From Heterodontus francisci (Eukaryota), in contig NC_090404.1 in the NCBI RefSeq assembly GCF_036365525.1, positions 6,758,001-6,822,000 of the forward strand: a stretch of 64,000 nucleotides of DNA. The letters run 5' to 3'. The first letter of the stretch is position 1. The number at the start of each line of letters is the position of its first letter. Both the position numbers and the translations under genes were made by a program. The notes below the pieces were generated by a model. The model was not told where the DNA came from. It did no database searches and saw nothing but the letters and a program-made list of their open reading frames with translations. Shown here piece by piece: positions 40,252 to 52,737 of the stretch.

Positions 40252-40745
40252 TCCCTCAGCCCGCAGTAATACATCGCGCTGTCAGACAGCCGCAGGCCGC
40301 GGATGGTGAAATTCCCCTCACTTTTCGAAGTGTCGAGAGATGCAGAAAATCGATTGCCCACGCCCTCTGCTCTGAAAACATCTCCGTAGTTATGCATGTA
40401 GATGAGGAACGAAGGGCCTTTATCCCGGTCCGAATGATACAGTTGCAGGGAATAGGAAGTACCAATGGTCGAATAGCTGTAATTAATGGTCACCGAGTCT
40501 CCTTCAAACTGCATCGCTGTAACCACTAACACCTGCAGAAATTTAGAAATACAGAACTTTAAGCTTTTATTGTCACTTTATTCTAACCAATATCATCAGC
40601 GGCCGGAACACATTGCAAATAGCGAAAAAAGCGCAATTAAAAGAACGTCAATGATGCCTTTAAGAAGAAGATTGTGTAAATTGTAAACTGTACCAGTTAT
40701 GAGACCTGCAGCTGTGAGGAATCCATACAAAGTAACAACCAACAT
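40252..40745 (-). pseudogene. TCR alpha/delta-type V pseudogene 4 (leader 40694-40745; V exon 40252-40532)
   Basis: MLVVTLYGFLTAAGLIT + G|GT. GVSG is followed by an FR1 deletion and frameshift, then EGDSVTINYSY (first Cys is Tyr), LQLYH, RFSASLD...IRGLRLSDSAMYYCGLR. RSS CGCAGTG + 23 + ACAAAAACA at 40213-40251. Confidence 0.9.
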
Positions 40746-41503
40746 GTTTGCAGAGAGTTGATGGCGGATTTGAACAGAACGGGTTGAATCTGTAATTGTT
40801 TCAGTCAAGAGTTGGGAAGATGTTAATTAACTTCCGGTCTCACTACCGATTTGGTTCGTTCCTGAAAGAGTCAGCAGGTGACAGCCAATCAGTTCAAACT
40901 CTTTTCTTCTCCAATCGATCCAATCAGCTCACAGGTCCATTATTCTCCAATTCATTACGTCATGGGAACCGGATGAGAATTAAATCCAATATTGACCTGT
41001 AACAGGTTCAATCTGTGAGGTGGAGCAGTGAGCGGAAATAGTTAATGTTGTTTTTATATTAAAAGAGCTGCTCATTGACCATGGGCACCATCCACATCAT
41101 GATATTAAGAGGAATATTACACAGAATGGCATAGAGTCTGCAACACAGAAATTCGGCCAACTAATCTTTAGTTTGGTTCCATTTCTATTATCTGTTAACA
41201 ATCCAGGTTTCAGATCTGATTCAGTGTGAGGAGGTGAGTCTTTTGCTGATCTTTGTACGGACTGACTGGGCCACTGTAACAGTGTGGAGCTCAGCGCACA
41301 GTGATACATTGCAGAATCAGAGACAAGAGCTCCGGCGACATTTGAAGGGAGCGTTTTCTTGACTTTGTCCAAATCAGCGGAGAATCGGTTCAGAAATCTA
41401 GAGATTTATCTCGCTGCCCAGTGCTGTAATTCTGCACTAAATATTTCGGAGCTTCCCCGGGATACTGGATGTACCAGAACAGAGTTGGGTTAGTTTTGGT
41501 TGT

Positions 41504-41580
41504 CATAGAGTCACAGAGAGATACAGCACTGAAACAGGCCCTTCGGCCCACAGAGTCTGTGCCCACCAACAACCACCCAT
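41504..41580 (-). mobile_element. Truncated HE1/CR1 3' tail inserted in CDR1 of V pseudogene 5
   Basis: GGGTGGTTGTTGGTGGGCACAGACTCTGTGGGCCGAAGGGCCTGTTTCAGTGCTGTATCTCT matches the SINE tails. Confidence 0.85.
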
Positions 41581-41770
41581 CGAGTAACTGCAGTTCAGTA
41601 TTATGCTCTGCCCTTCCGGAACCGTTAACTCAGACAGATCCTGGGTCACTGAGCCTGCACCACTCGTTTCTGTAACGAACACAGAAGTTTAAACTGGAAA
41701 ATATCAGACAAACGACTGTTTAAAATTCATATATAACCCATATTTGGAAAATGAGAGAAAAGATTATGTA

Positions 41771-41873
41771 CAATAAAAACAAGAAATGCTGGAACCACTC
41801 AGCAGGTCTGGCAGCATCTGTGAAAAGAGAAGCAGAGTTAACGTTTCGGGTCAGTGACCCTTCTTCGGAACTC
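41771..41873 (-). mobile_element. Penelope-derived short insert in the leader intron of V pseudogene 5
   Basis: Same unit as 24753-24847. ATTATGTA direct repeats at 41763-41770 and 41874-41881. Confidence 0.78.
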
Positions 41874-42621
41874 ATTATGTATGAAAGATTATGAAAGATT
41901 ATGTATATTTGGTCCACAATTACCTCTCAGAAATGCTCGCCACACAACCCAGATGCTGAGTAGCCGCATTGTCGCTGTCCACTCTGTAAAAGGGGAGTTG
42001 GATATTTGAAGACATCCATTCTAATCTCCACCCTCAATATCTGCTCTGTCTCAGGATGCTCTCACCTCACTTCCTTGTGTCCCCAGTGGTGCTGTGAGAC
42101 CAGTAGGTGGTGAGCCGACTGTCAGTGAATGGAAACACCCCAAGCTGGGCTACAGTCACTGTCCTTATAGGGGGAATGGTTGAAGATTTAGAGAGCGGGT
42201 GGGATTGAAACCCTCGTCTGGTGATTGTAAGGCGGAATAGTAACAGAAAATATTGAAACATTTCAAAAAAAACTTTTGCAAGGGCCGTCAACATTGAGGG
42301 AACTCTGTGTCCAGTCTTTGTTCTGAAGAGCGCAATCAGTACCTTGTGAAATTTCTGCATTTAGTACAAACTCTCTGAGAACCAGCAAAATACTCTGATA
42401 AAATAGATTATGTGGACCGGCTGTGATCAAAGAGGCTGAGAAACTAACAATGGGGATGGGGAAATTGCTGCAGAATAACTCAGGCCAGAGAGGTAAGAAC
42501 ATTAAAAGACAAAATGTGAGCTAACTCAACATAAATACATTTGTGAAGTTCATTTTAGTGTAGTTGAAATCAACTATTCTAACTTCGCAAGTAGTTCTCA
42601 CCTGTACTTGTTGAATGCTTT

Positions 42622-45412
42622 GTTTTGTTGTTGTTGCTATTACAGAGACTTGGTTGAGGGAAGGGCAGGATTGGCAGCTAAATGTTCCAGGCGTTAGAAG
42701 CTTCAGGCGGGATAGAGGGGGATGTAAAAGGGGTGGGGGAGTTGCAATACTGGTTAAGGTGAATATCACAGCTGTACTGCGGGAGGACACCTCAGAGAGG
42801 TCATGCAGCGAGGCAATATGGGTGGAGCTCAGGAACAGGAAGGGCGCAGTCACAATGTTGGCGGTTTACTACAGGCATCCTAACAGCCAGCGGGAGGTAG
42901 AGGAGCAGATATGTAGACAGATTTTGGAAAGATGTAAAGGTAACAGGGTTGTAGTGGTGGGTGATTTTAACTTCCCCAATATTGACTGGGGATCACTTAG
43001 TGCTAGGGGCTTGGATGGGGCAGAGTTTGTGAGGAGCATCCAGGAGGGCTTCTTGAAACAGTATCTAGATAGTGCAACTAGGGATGGGGCCATTCTGGAC
43101 CTGGTATTGTGGAATGAGCCCGGCCAGGTGGTAGAAGTTTCAGTGGGGGAGCATTTCGGGAGCAGTGACCATAATTCCATAAGTTTTAAGGTACTTGTGG
43201 ATAAGGATAAGAGTAGTCCTCGGGAGAAGGTGCTAAATTGGGGGAAGGCTAATTATAACAATATACGGCATGAACTGAAGAATTTAGATTGGGGGCGGAT
43301 GTTTGAGGGTAAATCAACATCTGACATGTGGGAGTCTTTCAAACGTCAGCTGATTATAATCCAGGACTAGCATGTTCCTGTGAGGAAGAAAGATAAGTTT
43401 GGCAAGTTTCGGGAAGCTTGGATAACACGGGATATTGTGAGCATAGTCAAAACAAAAAGGAAGCATTTGTAAGGGCTGGAAGGCTAGGAACAGATGAAGC
43501 ACCTGAGGAAAATAAAGACAGTAGGAAGGAACTTAAGCAAGGAGTTAGGAGGGCTAAAAGGGGTCAGGAAGCTTCATTGGGAAACAGGATTAAGGAAAGT
43601 CCCAAGGCTTCTTATACATATATAAAGAGCAAGAGGGTAACCAGGGAAAGGGTTGGCCCACTCAAGGACAGACATGGGAATCTATGTGTCGAGCCAGAGG
43701 AAATGGGTGAGGTGCGAAATGAGTACTATGCATCAGTATTCACCAAGGAGAAGGACCTGTTGGATGACGAGCCTAGGGAAGGGAGTGCAGATAGTCTCAG
43801 TCATCTGATTATCAAAAAGGAGGAGGTGTTGTGTGTCTTGCAAAGCATTAAGGTAGATAAGCCCCCAGGGCCTGATGGGATCTACCCAGAATACTGAGGG
43901 AGGCAAGGGAAGAAATTTCTGGGGCCTTGACAGAAATCTTTGCATGCTCATTGGCTACAGGTGAGGTCCCAGAGGACTGGAGAATAGCCAATGTTGTTCC
44001 TTTGTTTAAGAAAGGTGGTAAGGATAATCCAGGAAATTATAGGCTGGTGAGCCTTACGTCAGTGGTAGGGAAACTATTAGAGAGGATTTACTCCCATTTG
44101 GAAACAAACGAACTTATTAGCGAGAGACAGCATGGTTTTGTGAAGGGGAGGTCGTGTATCACTAATTTGATTGAGTTTTTTGAGGAAGTGACGAAGATGA
44201 TTGATGAGGGAAGGGCGGTGGATGTTGTCTACGTGGACTTTAGTAAAGCCTTTGACAAGGTCCCGCATGGCAGACTGGTGCAAAAGGTGTAGTCACACGG
44301 GATCAGAGGTGAGCTGGCAAGATGGATACAGAAATGGCTCAGTCACAGAAGACAGAGGGTAACAGTGGATGGGTGTTTTTCTGATTGGAGGGATGTGACT
44401 AGTGGTGTTCCGCAGGGATCAGTGCTGGGACCTTTGCTGTTTGTAGTATATATAAATGTTTCGGAGGAAAATGTAGCTGGTCTGATTAGTAAGTTTGCGG
44501 ATGACACAACGATTGGTGGAGTTGCGGATAATGATGAGGCTTGTCAGAGGATACAGCAGGATATAGATCGGTTGGAGATTTGGGCAGAGAAATGGCAGAT
44601 GGTGTTTAATCCGGACAAATGTGATTTAATGCATTTTGGAAGGTCTAATGCAGGTGGAGGTATACAGTAAATGGCAGAACCCTGAGGAGTATTGACAGGC
44701 AGAGAGATCTGGACGTACAGGTCCACAGGTCACTGAAAGTGGCAACGCAGGTGGATAAGTTAGTCAAGAAGGCATACGGCATGCTTGCCTTCATCGGTCG
44801 GGGCATAGAGTATAAAAATTGGCAAGTCATGTTGCAGCTGTACAGAGCCTTAGTTAGGCCACACTTAGAATATTGCGTGCAATTCTGGTCGCCACACTAC
44901 CAGAAAGAGGTGGAGGCTTTGGAGAGGTTACAGAGGAGGTTTACCAGGACGTTGCCTGGTTTGGAGGGCATTAGATATGAGGAGAGGTTAGAAAAACTCG
45001 GATTGTTTTCACTGGAACGACGGAGGTGGAGGGGCGACGTAGTAGAGGTTTACAAAGTTATGAGCAGCATGGACAGAGTGGATAGTCAGAAGCTTTTTCC
45101 CAGGGTGGAAGAGTCAGTTACAAGGGACATAGGTTTAAGGTGCGAGGGGAAATGTTTAGAGGGGATGTGCGAGGCAAGATTTTTACACTGGACGTGGTGA
45201 GTGCCTGGAACGTCCTGCCAGGGGATGTGGTGGAAGCAGATACGATAGCGACGTTTAAGAGACATCTTGACAAATATATGAATAGGAAGGGAATAGAGGG
45301 ATATGGGCCCCAGTAGTGCAGAAGGTGTTAATTTCGGCAGGCATCAAGATCAGCGCAGGCTTGGAGGGCTGAATGGCCGTTTCCTGTGCAGTGCTGTTCT
45401 TTGTTCTTTGTT
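42622..45412 (+). mobile_element. Long CR1-like LINE ORF2 (APE endonuclease + RT), disrupted
   Basis: VAITETWL...GGGVA...GDFNFP...ILDLV...SDHN, then PGPDGIYP, NYRLVSLTSV, DFSKAFDKV, FADDT, RPHLEYC. Stops and frameshifts. Confidence 0.93.
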
Positions 45413-45696
45413 ATGATCTTCTAGGAAGGTCCCTGTGTTTCTCACTGGGGGACTGAATTATTGCTTCTGTTTATCGGTGTGAGAGCGCCCTCTGATGAAC
45501 AATGGCGGGAACTCTCAGTGTGGGTCTTTGTCCGGGTTTCGCTTCATGTCTGCAGCAGTGTGGCCTCCATGGCACAGAAATACACGGCCGTGTCGCAGAC
45601 AGGAACCCTGGTGATACTGCACGGATCCGTTTTGTTTCCTTTGGGTAAAACTAAAGGGAACCTGTCTGGGAAATTTAGTATCGTTTTTCCATATCA

Positions 45697-46130
45697 CAAG
45701 AACACAAGAAATAGGAACAGAAGTAGACCATATGGCCCATCGAGCTTCCTCCGCCATGCAAGACGATCATGGCTGATCTGGGGTTCAATTCCACTTTCCT
45801 GCCTGCTCCCCATATCCTTTGAGTCCCTGCGAGACCAGAACTCTGTCTATCCCAGCCTTAAATGTATTCAATGGTGGAGCATCCACAATCCTCTGGGACT
45901 GAGAATTCCAAAGATTCATAACTTTTTGAGTGTAGTGCTGTCTCCTCATCTCAGTCCTGAATGATCGGCCCCTAATCCTGAGATTGTGACCCCGCGTTCC
46001 AGATTCCCGTTCCAGTGGAAATAAACTCTCAGCTTCTACCCTATCAAGCCCTTTCAGTGTCTTGTATGTCTCAATTAGATCGCCTCTTATCTTCTAAACT
46101 CCAGAGAATTAGGCCTAACTTACTCAGCAA
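45697..46130 (-). mobile_element. CR1-like LINE 3' end
   Basis: Closely matches 15840-16270. Confidence 0.8.
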
Positions 46131-47371
46131 TTTACTCACCGTGTCATAAATCTTCTGTAAATATCTCAGAGCTTCCCTTAGATCCTGGATGCACCAGACA
46201 GAATTTAGGTTGTCGAGTAAGTGCAGTTCAGTTTTGTGCTCTGTCCTTAAACCAAGGCTGTAATGAGGTCTGAAACTGAGTGTCCCAAACTGAGCATCGG
46301 TGAACAGGTTATTGCTGAGTAGCTGCCACTTGATAGCATTGTCAATGAAACCGCCATCAGTTTGCTGATGATCGAGATTGGACTGATGGGGCGGTGATTG
46401 GCTGTATTGGACTTGTTGTAGCTTCACGAGGTTGACACCTCATTTTTAAATCTGTCGCGATTAACAACCCAGGCAGCTCCCGTTGGAAGAAGGTAGGGTT
46501 TTGCTTAACTCTGTAAATGACTGGGCCACGGAGGGCTGCGGCTCCCACAAGTCACAGCTACTAGGAAAGGTTCCCTATCTATGGCACGGGCCGCGCTGCC
46601 GTCTGTGAGACCAGACAACACATACACACATCTACAATCGCCTTTTATATTCTCGCAGTCAAGATCACTCCACGGTAAAATTAATAGAGAAACTACAATT
46701 GATTTCGGGAGCGAATAGATTGTTCGCTCCATTTGGCAAACACGCAGTTACCCGAAGCCACCACCAAGTCGCGCACCTGTCTGGTGTCGAGTTTCCACGT
46801 TGATGTCGGATTTAAAGAACAATCAGAAATTGCCGTTTGTGATTGTTTCGTACCATAAATCCATAGTGACCAGAGAACATAGGGATATCACGTTACATAT
46901 AAAGTGAGAAAACAAGGGAAAGAGATATGAAAATTCTTTTAAGGGAGTCAGTAAGCAGAAAGATTGAGGGGCTCAGATAAATAAGGTTTGAAACAAGCCT
47001 GTAAAATTCTATGATTCCAGACGCGCTGAACATTTGGGATCGAAATAGACAAAGATTGAATCTTCCTGAACCATTTAATTGGTCACTACTCAGAGCAAGA
47101 AGAGAAATTCCTTCCCAGTGAAGGATCAAGATTTTTTTTTTGTCTTGAGAAACTGTCAATCGCCGAGAGGCTTAGCGAATGACGTCTGGTGGCAGCATCC
47201 CATAATAGACTGATTGGTGAATGTTGCCCATCAGTCTCACACTGTACAAGGAGAATGTAAAGCTCTCCCCTCTCCTCCCCCTCCTCACCATTGAGAGTCT
47301 GGGACTCGGCAGCAAGTCATAGTCTCGAAATCAGACCCTGATTGATCCGCTTTTAGTCCATCTTCACCATC

Positions 47372-47777
47372 ATGAACAGAAACCTCCACAAAAACCTGTC
47401 TCCAGTTGGAGTTCTGGTGCTGTTAATGTGTGAGTTTATTTATCTGATCAGGCACCTTGTTTCACCAATCTCTAAATACCTTATGGTTGTTGAGTGATTT
47501 TGTTTTGTTCACAGCCGTTCAGTGTTAGGATCAGAGCTCACACCCTGAGCAGGTGGTGTCTCGGGAAGGGGAACGGGTTGAACTGGACAGTCTGCTCTCC
47601 ATTGCTGCTGGGGATAGAGTCTGACAGGGGCACCGACATTTATCGGCTCCATATACCAGGGGACTGAGACTACAGGATGCTACACACTATCTTTGGACCC
47701 AGTTCAGAAGTCCAACACCATTTCTATAGATCGCACCGAGGCCCAGGACGCCGGTCTGTATCACTGTGCCATGGGGA
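47372..47777 (+). pseudogene. TCR alpha/delta-type V pseudogene 6 (leader 47372-47429; V exon 47515-47777)
   Basis: Leader ...VGVLVLLM + T|GTGAGT. CAG|VQC-stop...SREGERVELD..., GAPTFIG...IDRTEAQDAGLYHCAMG. Perfect CACAGTG (47778-47784), a 29-nt spacer with a CAGCTG duplication, then ACAATATCT. Confidence 0.72.
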
Positions 47778-47904
47778 CACAGTGAGGCAAAGAGCAGCTG
47801 CAGCTCCAGCTGCACAATATCTTGTTTAGTGCCGTGTCTCCGCTGCACCGTTAACCTTTTCCCCAAACCAAGCCCTTTGGAAGTGTTGGTGATGTTCAGC
47901 ATTG

Positions 47905-50070
47905 GCCGTCCATCCATAAACGTACTTGATAAGGTTGTGGTGAGCAGATTTCTTGAACCTCTGCAGCCCATTGGGTATAGTAACACCCACAGTGCTGTTA
48001 CAGACGGTGTTCCAGGTTTTTGACCCGGCAAGAGTGAAGGAACGGCAATGTAGATCCACGTCAGGATGATGTGTGTCTTGAAAGGGAACTTGCAGGTGAA
48101 GGTGTTCCGCTGCGTTTGCTGCCCTTGCAGTTCTCGGTAGGTAGAGGTCACGGATTTGGAAACTCCAGGCGAAGGAGCCGAGATGAGTTGCTGCAGTGCA
48201 CCTTGTAGATGGTACACACTACTGCCACTCTGCGCCAGTGGTGGAGGGAATGATTGTTTAATGTGATGTATGGTGTGCTGATGGACAGGTTGCTTTGTCC
48301 TGGATGGTGTCGAGCTTCTTGAGCGTTGTTAGAGCTGCAGTAATTCTGGAATGCGGACAGTATTCCATCACACTCCTGACATGTACCTTCGAAATGGTGG
48401 ACAGGCTTTGGGAAGTCAAGAGGTGAGTTACTCACCCCAGGATTCCTAGCCTCCGACCTGCTCTTGTAGCCACAGTATTTATATGTCTTGTCCAGTTAAG
48501 TTTCCTGTTAGTATTAACTCCCAGGATGTTGATGGTGGGGAATGCAGTGATAGTCATGTCATTGAACGTGAAGGGGAGATGGTCAGATACTCTCTTGTTG
48601 GGGATGCTCCTTGCTGGGCACCTGGGTGGCGTAAATGTTATTTGCCATTTAACAACCTAAGCCTGAATGCTGTCTAGATATTGCTGCATGCAGGCGCAGA
48701 ATGCTTCATATCTGGAGGAGACATGAATGATGGCGGCACAGTGGTGCAGTGGCTAGCACCGCAGCCTCACAGCTCCAGAGACACAGGTTCAATTCTGGGT
48801 ACTGCCTGTGCGGAGTTTGCAAGTTCTCCCTGTGAACGCGTGGGTTTTCGTTGGGTGCTCTGGTTTCCTCCCACAGCCAAAGACTTGCAGGTGGTAGGTA
48901 AATTGGCCGTTGTAAATTGTCCCTAGTATAGGTAGGTGTTAGGGAATATGGGATTACTGTAGGGTTAGTATAAATGCGTGGTTGTTGGTTGGCACAGACT
49001 CGGTGGGCAGAAGGGCCTGTTTCAGTGCTGTATCTCTAACTAAAAAAAAATAAGATACTGAGTACTGCAATCATTAACGAACATCCCAACCTCTGACCTC
49101 ATTATGGAGAGAATATCATTGATGAAACAGCTGAAGATGGTTGGGCCGAGGACACTACCTTGAGAAACTCCTGCAATGATTTCCTGGGGCAGTGGTGAGT
49201 GACCTCTCACAACCACAATCATTTCTTCTAGGTTTGATGACAACCAGTGCAGTATTTTCCCCCGATTCCCATTGACTTCAATTTTGCTGGAGTTCTTTGA
49301 TACCACACTCGGTCAAATGCTGCCTTGATGTCAAAGGCAGTCACTCCCACCTCACCCCTGGAAGTCAGCTACTAGATCCATGCTTATACCAAGGCTGTAA
49401 TGAAGTCTGGAGTCAAGTGGCCCTGGCTGAACCCCTGCTGAGCATTGGTGAGCTGGTTATTGCTGATAAACTACCAGTAGATATCACTGCCAAAGAAACC
49501 TTCCGTTACTTTGTTGATGTTTGAAAATGGACTGATGGAGCAGTAATTAGCCGGGCTGAATTGTCTTAATTTTAGTGGACAAGACATAGCTGGACAATTT
49601 TCCACGTTGCCGGGTAGATGCAACTGTTGTAGCTGTACTGGAACAACTTGGCCCGCGGTAAAGCCAATTCTGGAGCATAGATCGTCTATACTGCAATTGG
49701 GATATCAGTGCCATCAGCCGTTTTGTTGATTTCACGTGGAGTGATTTGAATTAGCTAAAGAGTGGCATGCTCGATGCTGGGGACCTCAGGAGGAGACTGA
49801 GATCAATCATCCACTCAGCATTTCTGGCTGAAGATGGTTGTAAATTGTATTATATTTTGCAATGACGTGCTGGTCTTCCCCATCATTGAGGATGAGGACG
49901 TTTTTGGAGCCTCCTCCTCCGGTTATTTGCTTAATGTTCATGTCGCAGGTCTGCAGAGCTTTGATCTGATCCATTGGTTGTGGGATCACTTACCTCTGCC
50001 TCTCGCATGCTGCTGTCACTGTTTACCATGAATTTGTTGTTTTGTTGTTGCTTCACCAGCTTGCCACCTC
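47905..50070 (-). mobile_element. Second LINE family, decayed
   Basis: Homologous to 26688-28810. GVSQGSVLGPTIFSCFIND. Confidence 0.8.
48732..49050 (+). mobile_element. HE1-type V-SINE nested in a LINE
   Basis: A/B boxes, core and tail, ending in an A-run. Confidence 0.88.
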
Positions 50071-50957
50071 ATTTTTAAGTCTGTCCGGGACAACAACCCC
50101 GGCAGTACCCGGCTGGAAGGTGGTTGGGTTTCGATTCACTCAGTCAATAACAGGGCCATGGAGGGCTGCCGCTCCCACAATTCAGTGCAGCTATGAAAGG
50201 ATGGGGTCGCGCTGCAGTCTGGGGGACCGGACCGCACATGCGCCCAACGACAACTGTTTATCCACATCTTTATGTATTGTGATGCGGACGAAACCTTCAC
50301 TTTTATAGGTGAATATGGATCAACAATTTTGATAGAAACTTAATTCAGTCTTCCTTTCAATCGAGTTGTTCTTTTTAATAAACGCCAAACACCGTGTGAC
50401 GTAACTGAAACATGGCCGACCGTACGACACACAAAGATATCAGAGTGCACGTCATGCAAAAATGGTGGAGCTTCAGTCTCAGAACCACGGCGGACGCAAG
50501 TTGGACCAGCTGTGGATGACGGAACAATGGTTTCACCACGTCACCGCCCTATGATTGGTTGTTTCCCCTATTTATTGAGGGTCAGTGGGCCACGGCCGTC
50601 TCCAGCCTCCACGCAGCCCCTCTGATCTCTGACGCATGGTTGTGACCCAAGACAAGTTTGTCCAGCATCTTAAAAGGGCCGTGCACCAATGAGACTGACT
50701 TAGTCTGGGGGAAGGTCAGAGGGACAGCGAGAGAGAGACAATTCACGATAAATGTAGCTTCGAGGACAGGACGGCCCCAAATGATAGTGGTGGGGGATGA
50801 GGGAGCAGAGAGATTGGGACAGAGGAAGAGTTCAAGCATCATCATCACCCATTCCCAGATATCATTCCGAGCCCTTCAAAAGGGCCGTTCATTCTTCCCT
50901 CCCTTAACCTGATGTCATATTCACCCACAGGAGACCTGGCACATGAACATCAGTTGT

Positions 50958-51890
50958 TTTGTAATTCCTTCATGGGATGTGGGCGTAGCTGGCCAGGCCA
51001 GTGCTTATTGCCCATGCCTTATTGCCCTTGAGGTGCTGGTGATGAGCTGCCTTATTGAACTGCTGCAGTCCTTCTGGTGTAGGTATATCCAACGTGCTGT
51101 TAGGAAGCGAGTTCCAGGATTTCTATCCAGCGACAGTGAAGGAACGACGATATAGTTCCAAGACAGGATGGATTTGGCTTGGAGGGAAAACCTGCAGCTG
51201 GTGGTGGCCCCATGCATCTGTTGCTCTTGTCCTTTGAGTTGGTATAGATCGCGAGTTTGGAACATGCTGTCCAAGGAGGCTTGGTGAGTTGCTGCAGTCC
51301 ATCTTGTAGATGATACACATTGCTGTCACTATGCGTCGGCGGTAGAGGGAGTGAATGTTTGTGGATGGGGTGACAATCCATGCGGGTTGCTTTATCCTGG
51401 ATGGTGTCGAGTTTTTTACATGTTGTTGGAGCTGCACCCATCCAGGCAACTGGAGAATATTCCATCACACACATGAATTATTCCTTGTAGATTGTGGATA
51501 GGCTTTGGTGAGTCAAGAGGTGAGTTACTCGCCGCATACATTCCTTGGTATTTATTTGGCTACTCCACTTCATTTTCTGGTCAATCGTAACTGCATGATG
51601 TTGATAGTGGAGAATTCAGCGACCATAGTGCCCTTGAATGTCAAGGGGAGACGGTTAGATTCTCTCTTGTTGGAGATCTTCATTGAAAGGCACTTGTGTG
51701 GCGCGGGTGTGACTTGCTATCTATCTGCCCAGGCCAAAATATTGTTCATTTCTTGTTGCATTTCTACACGGACTGCATCAGTATCTGAGGAGTCGCTAAT
51801 GGTGCTGAACATTGTGCCATCATCAGCGAACATCCCCACTTCTGACCATATTATTGTAGGAAGGTCATTGATGAAGCAGCTGAAGATGGA
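50958..51890 (-). mobile_element. Second LINE family 3' fragment
   Basis: VMEYSPVAWMGAAPT...LDTIQDKA. Confidence 0.8.
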
Positions 51891-52737
51891 GGAAAAGCGG
51901 CTCCATATTAGAAGGAAAATTTTGGAAGATCCTCGGATATGATCAGAAATCTCTGAGGATGTTCCCGTGGTTGGGAGGCGCCAAAAGAATCCAATGAGAC
52001 TGTGAAGGAGGTGGAGAACAATTCAGCTTCTGAATGGCGGATCCCTAGGGTGATGTTCAGCGTGTTCAGGAAGATGGTATCAGAAGGAAAGGAGCAGGGA
52101 GAGTGGATCCTTGGCGTCATGATCAGTGACTCAGGGAGATGGTATCAGAGGTAATGTAGCGGAGCAGAGGTAAAGGTCATCAGGAAAACATGTGACAGAG
52201 GAGCAGGGGTCACGGGTACAGTAGAAAAGTCGGAAGCAGAGAGTCGTCATGTGCATACCAGAAACGTGGAGCATGTGTGTGCGTCTAACTTAACAGGTAG
52301 AGAGCGTGCATTGCGTATATAATGGAAAATGCAAAGATAGAGTCACTGTATCAGATAGGCCTCAGACTCCGGGAGTCATTCCTGCACTTTGTGCTCTCTC
52401 TTGTGAAAGACAGGACTTCGGCTCTTTGAGTCAACCCAGGAATTCTGCTTCCTTGTTTTTCACATAGACGCCAGGCTTTGGAAATCATTCCCTGGGGTTG
52501 CCCTCTCCGGTGTACTAGTCAGGCCCCAGGCTGTAGGATCATTCTTAGGCTTTGTGCTCTCTGTTGTGTCAGATGGACCCCAGACCCTTGGATTACCATC
52601 CGCATTTGCGCTCAGTGGTTTATTGTGTCAGATATTCACCAGTCTCTAGAAATTATTCGTAGGGTTTGTGCTCCCTCATGTGTCTGTGTTATATCTGACC
52701 TCTGCTGTACCTGTCCTGGAGTGTTTGATGGGACAGT

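Larger units (their letters stand above)
41287..41969 (-). pseudogene. TCR alpha-like V pseudogene 5 (leader 41924-41969; V exon 41287-41669)
   Basis: MRLLSIWVVWRAFLR. GSVTQ...EGQSIILNCSYS [SINE tail] TTKTNPTLFWYIQYPGEAPKYL, a frameshift, then RFSADLD...SDSAMYHCALS. RSS CACACTG + 23 + ACAAAGATC at 41248-41286. Confidence 0.9.
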
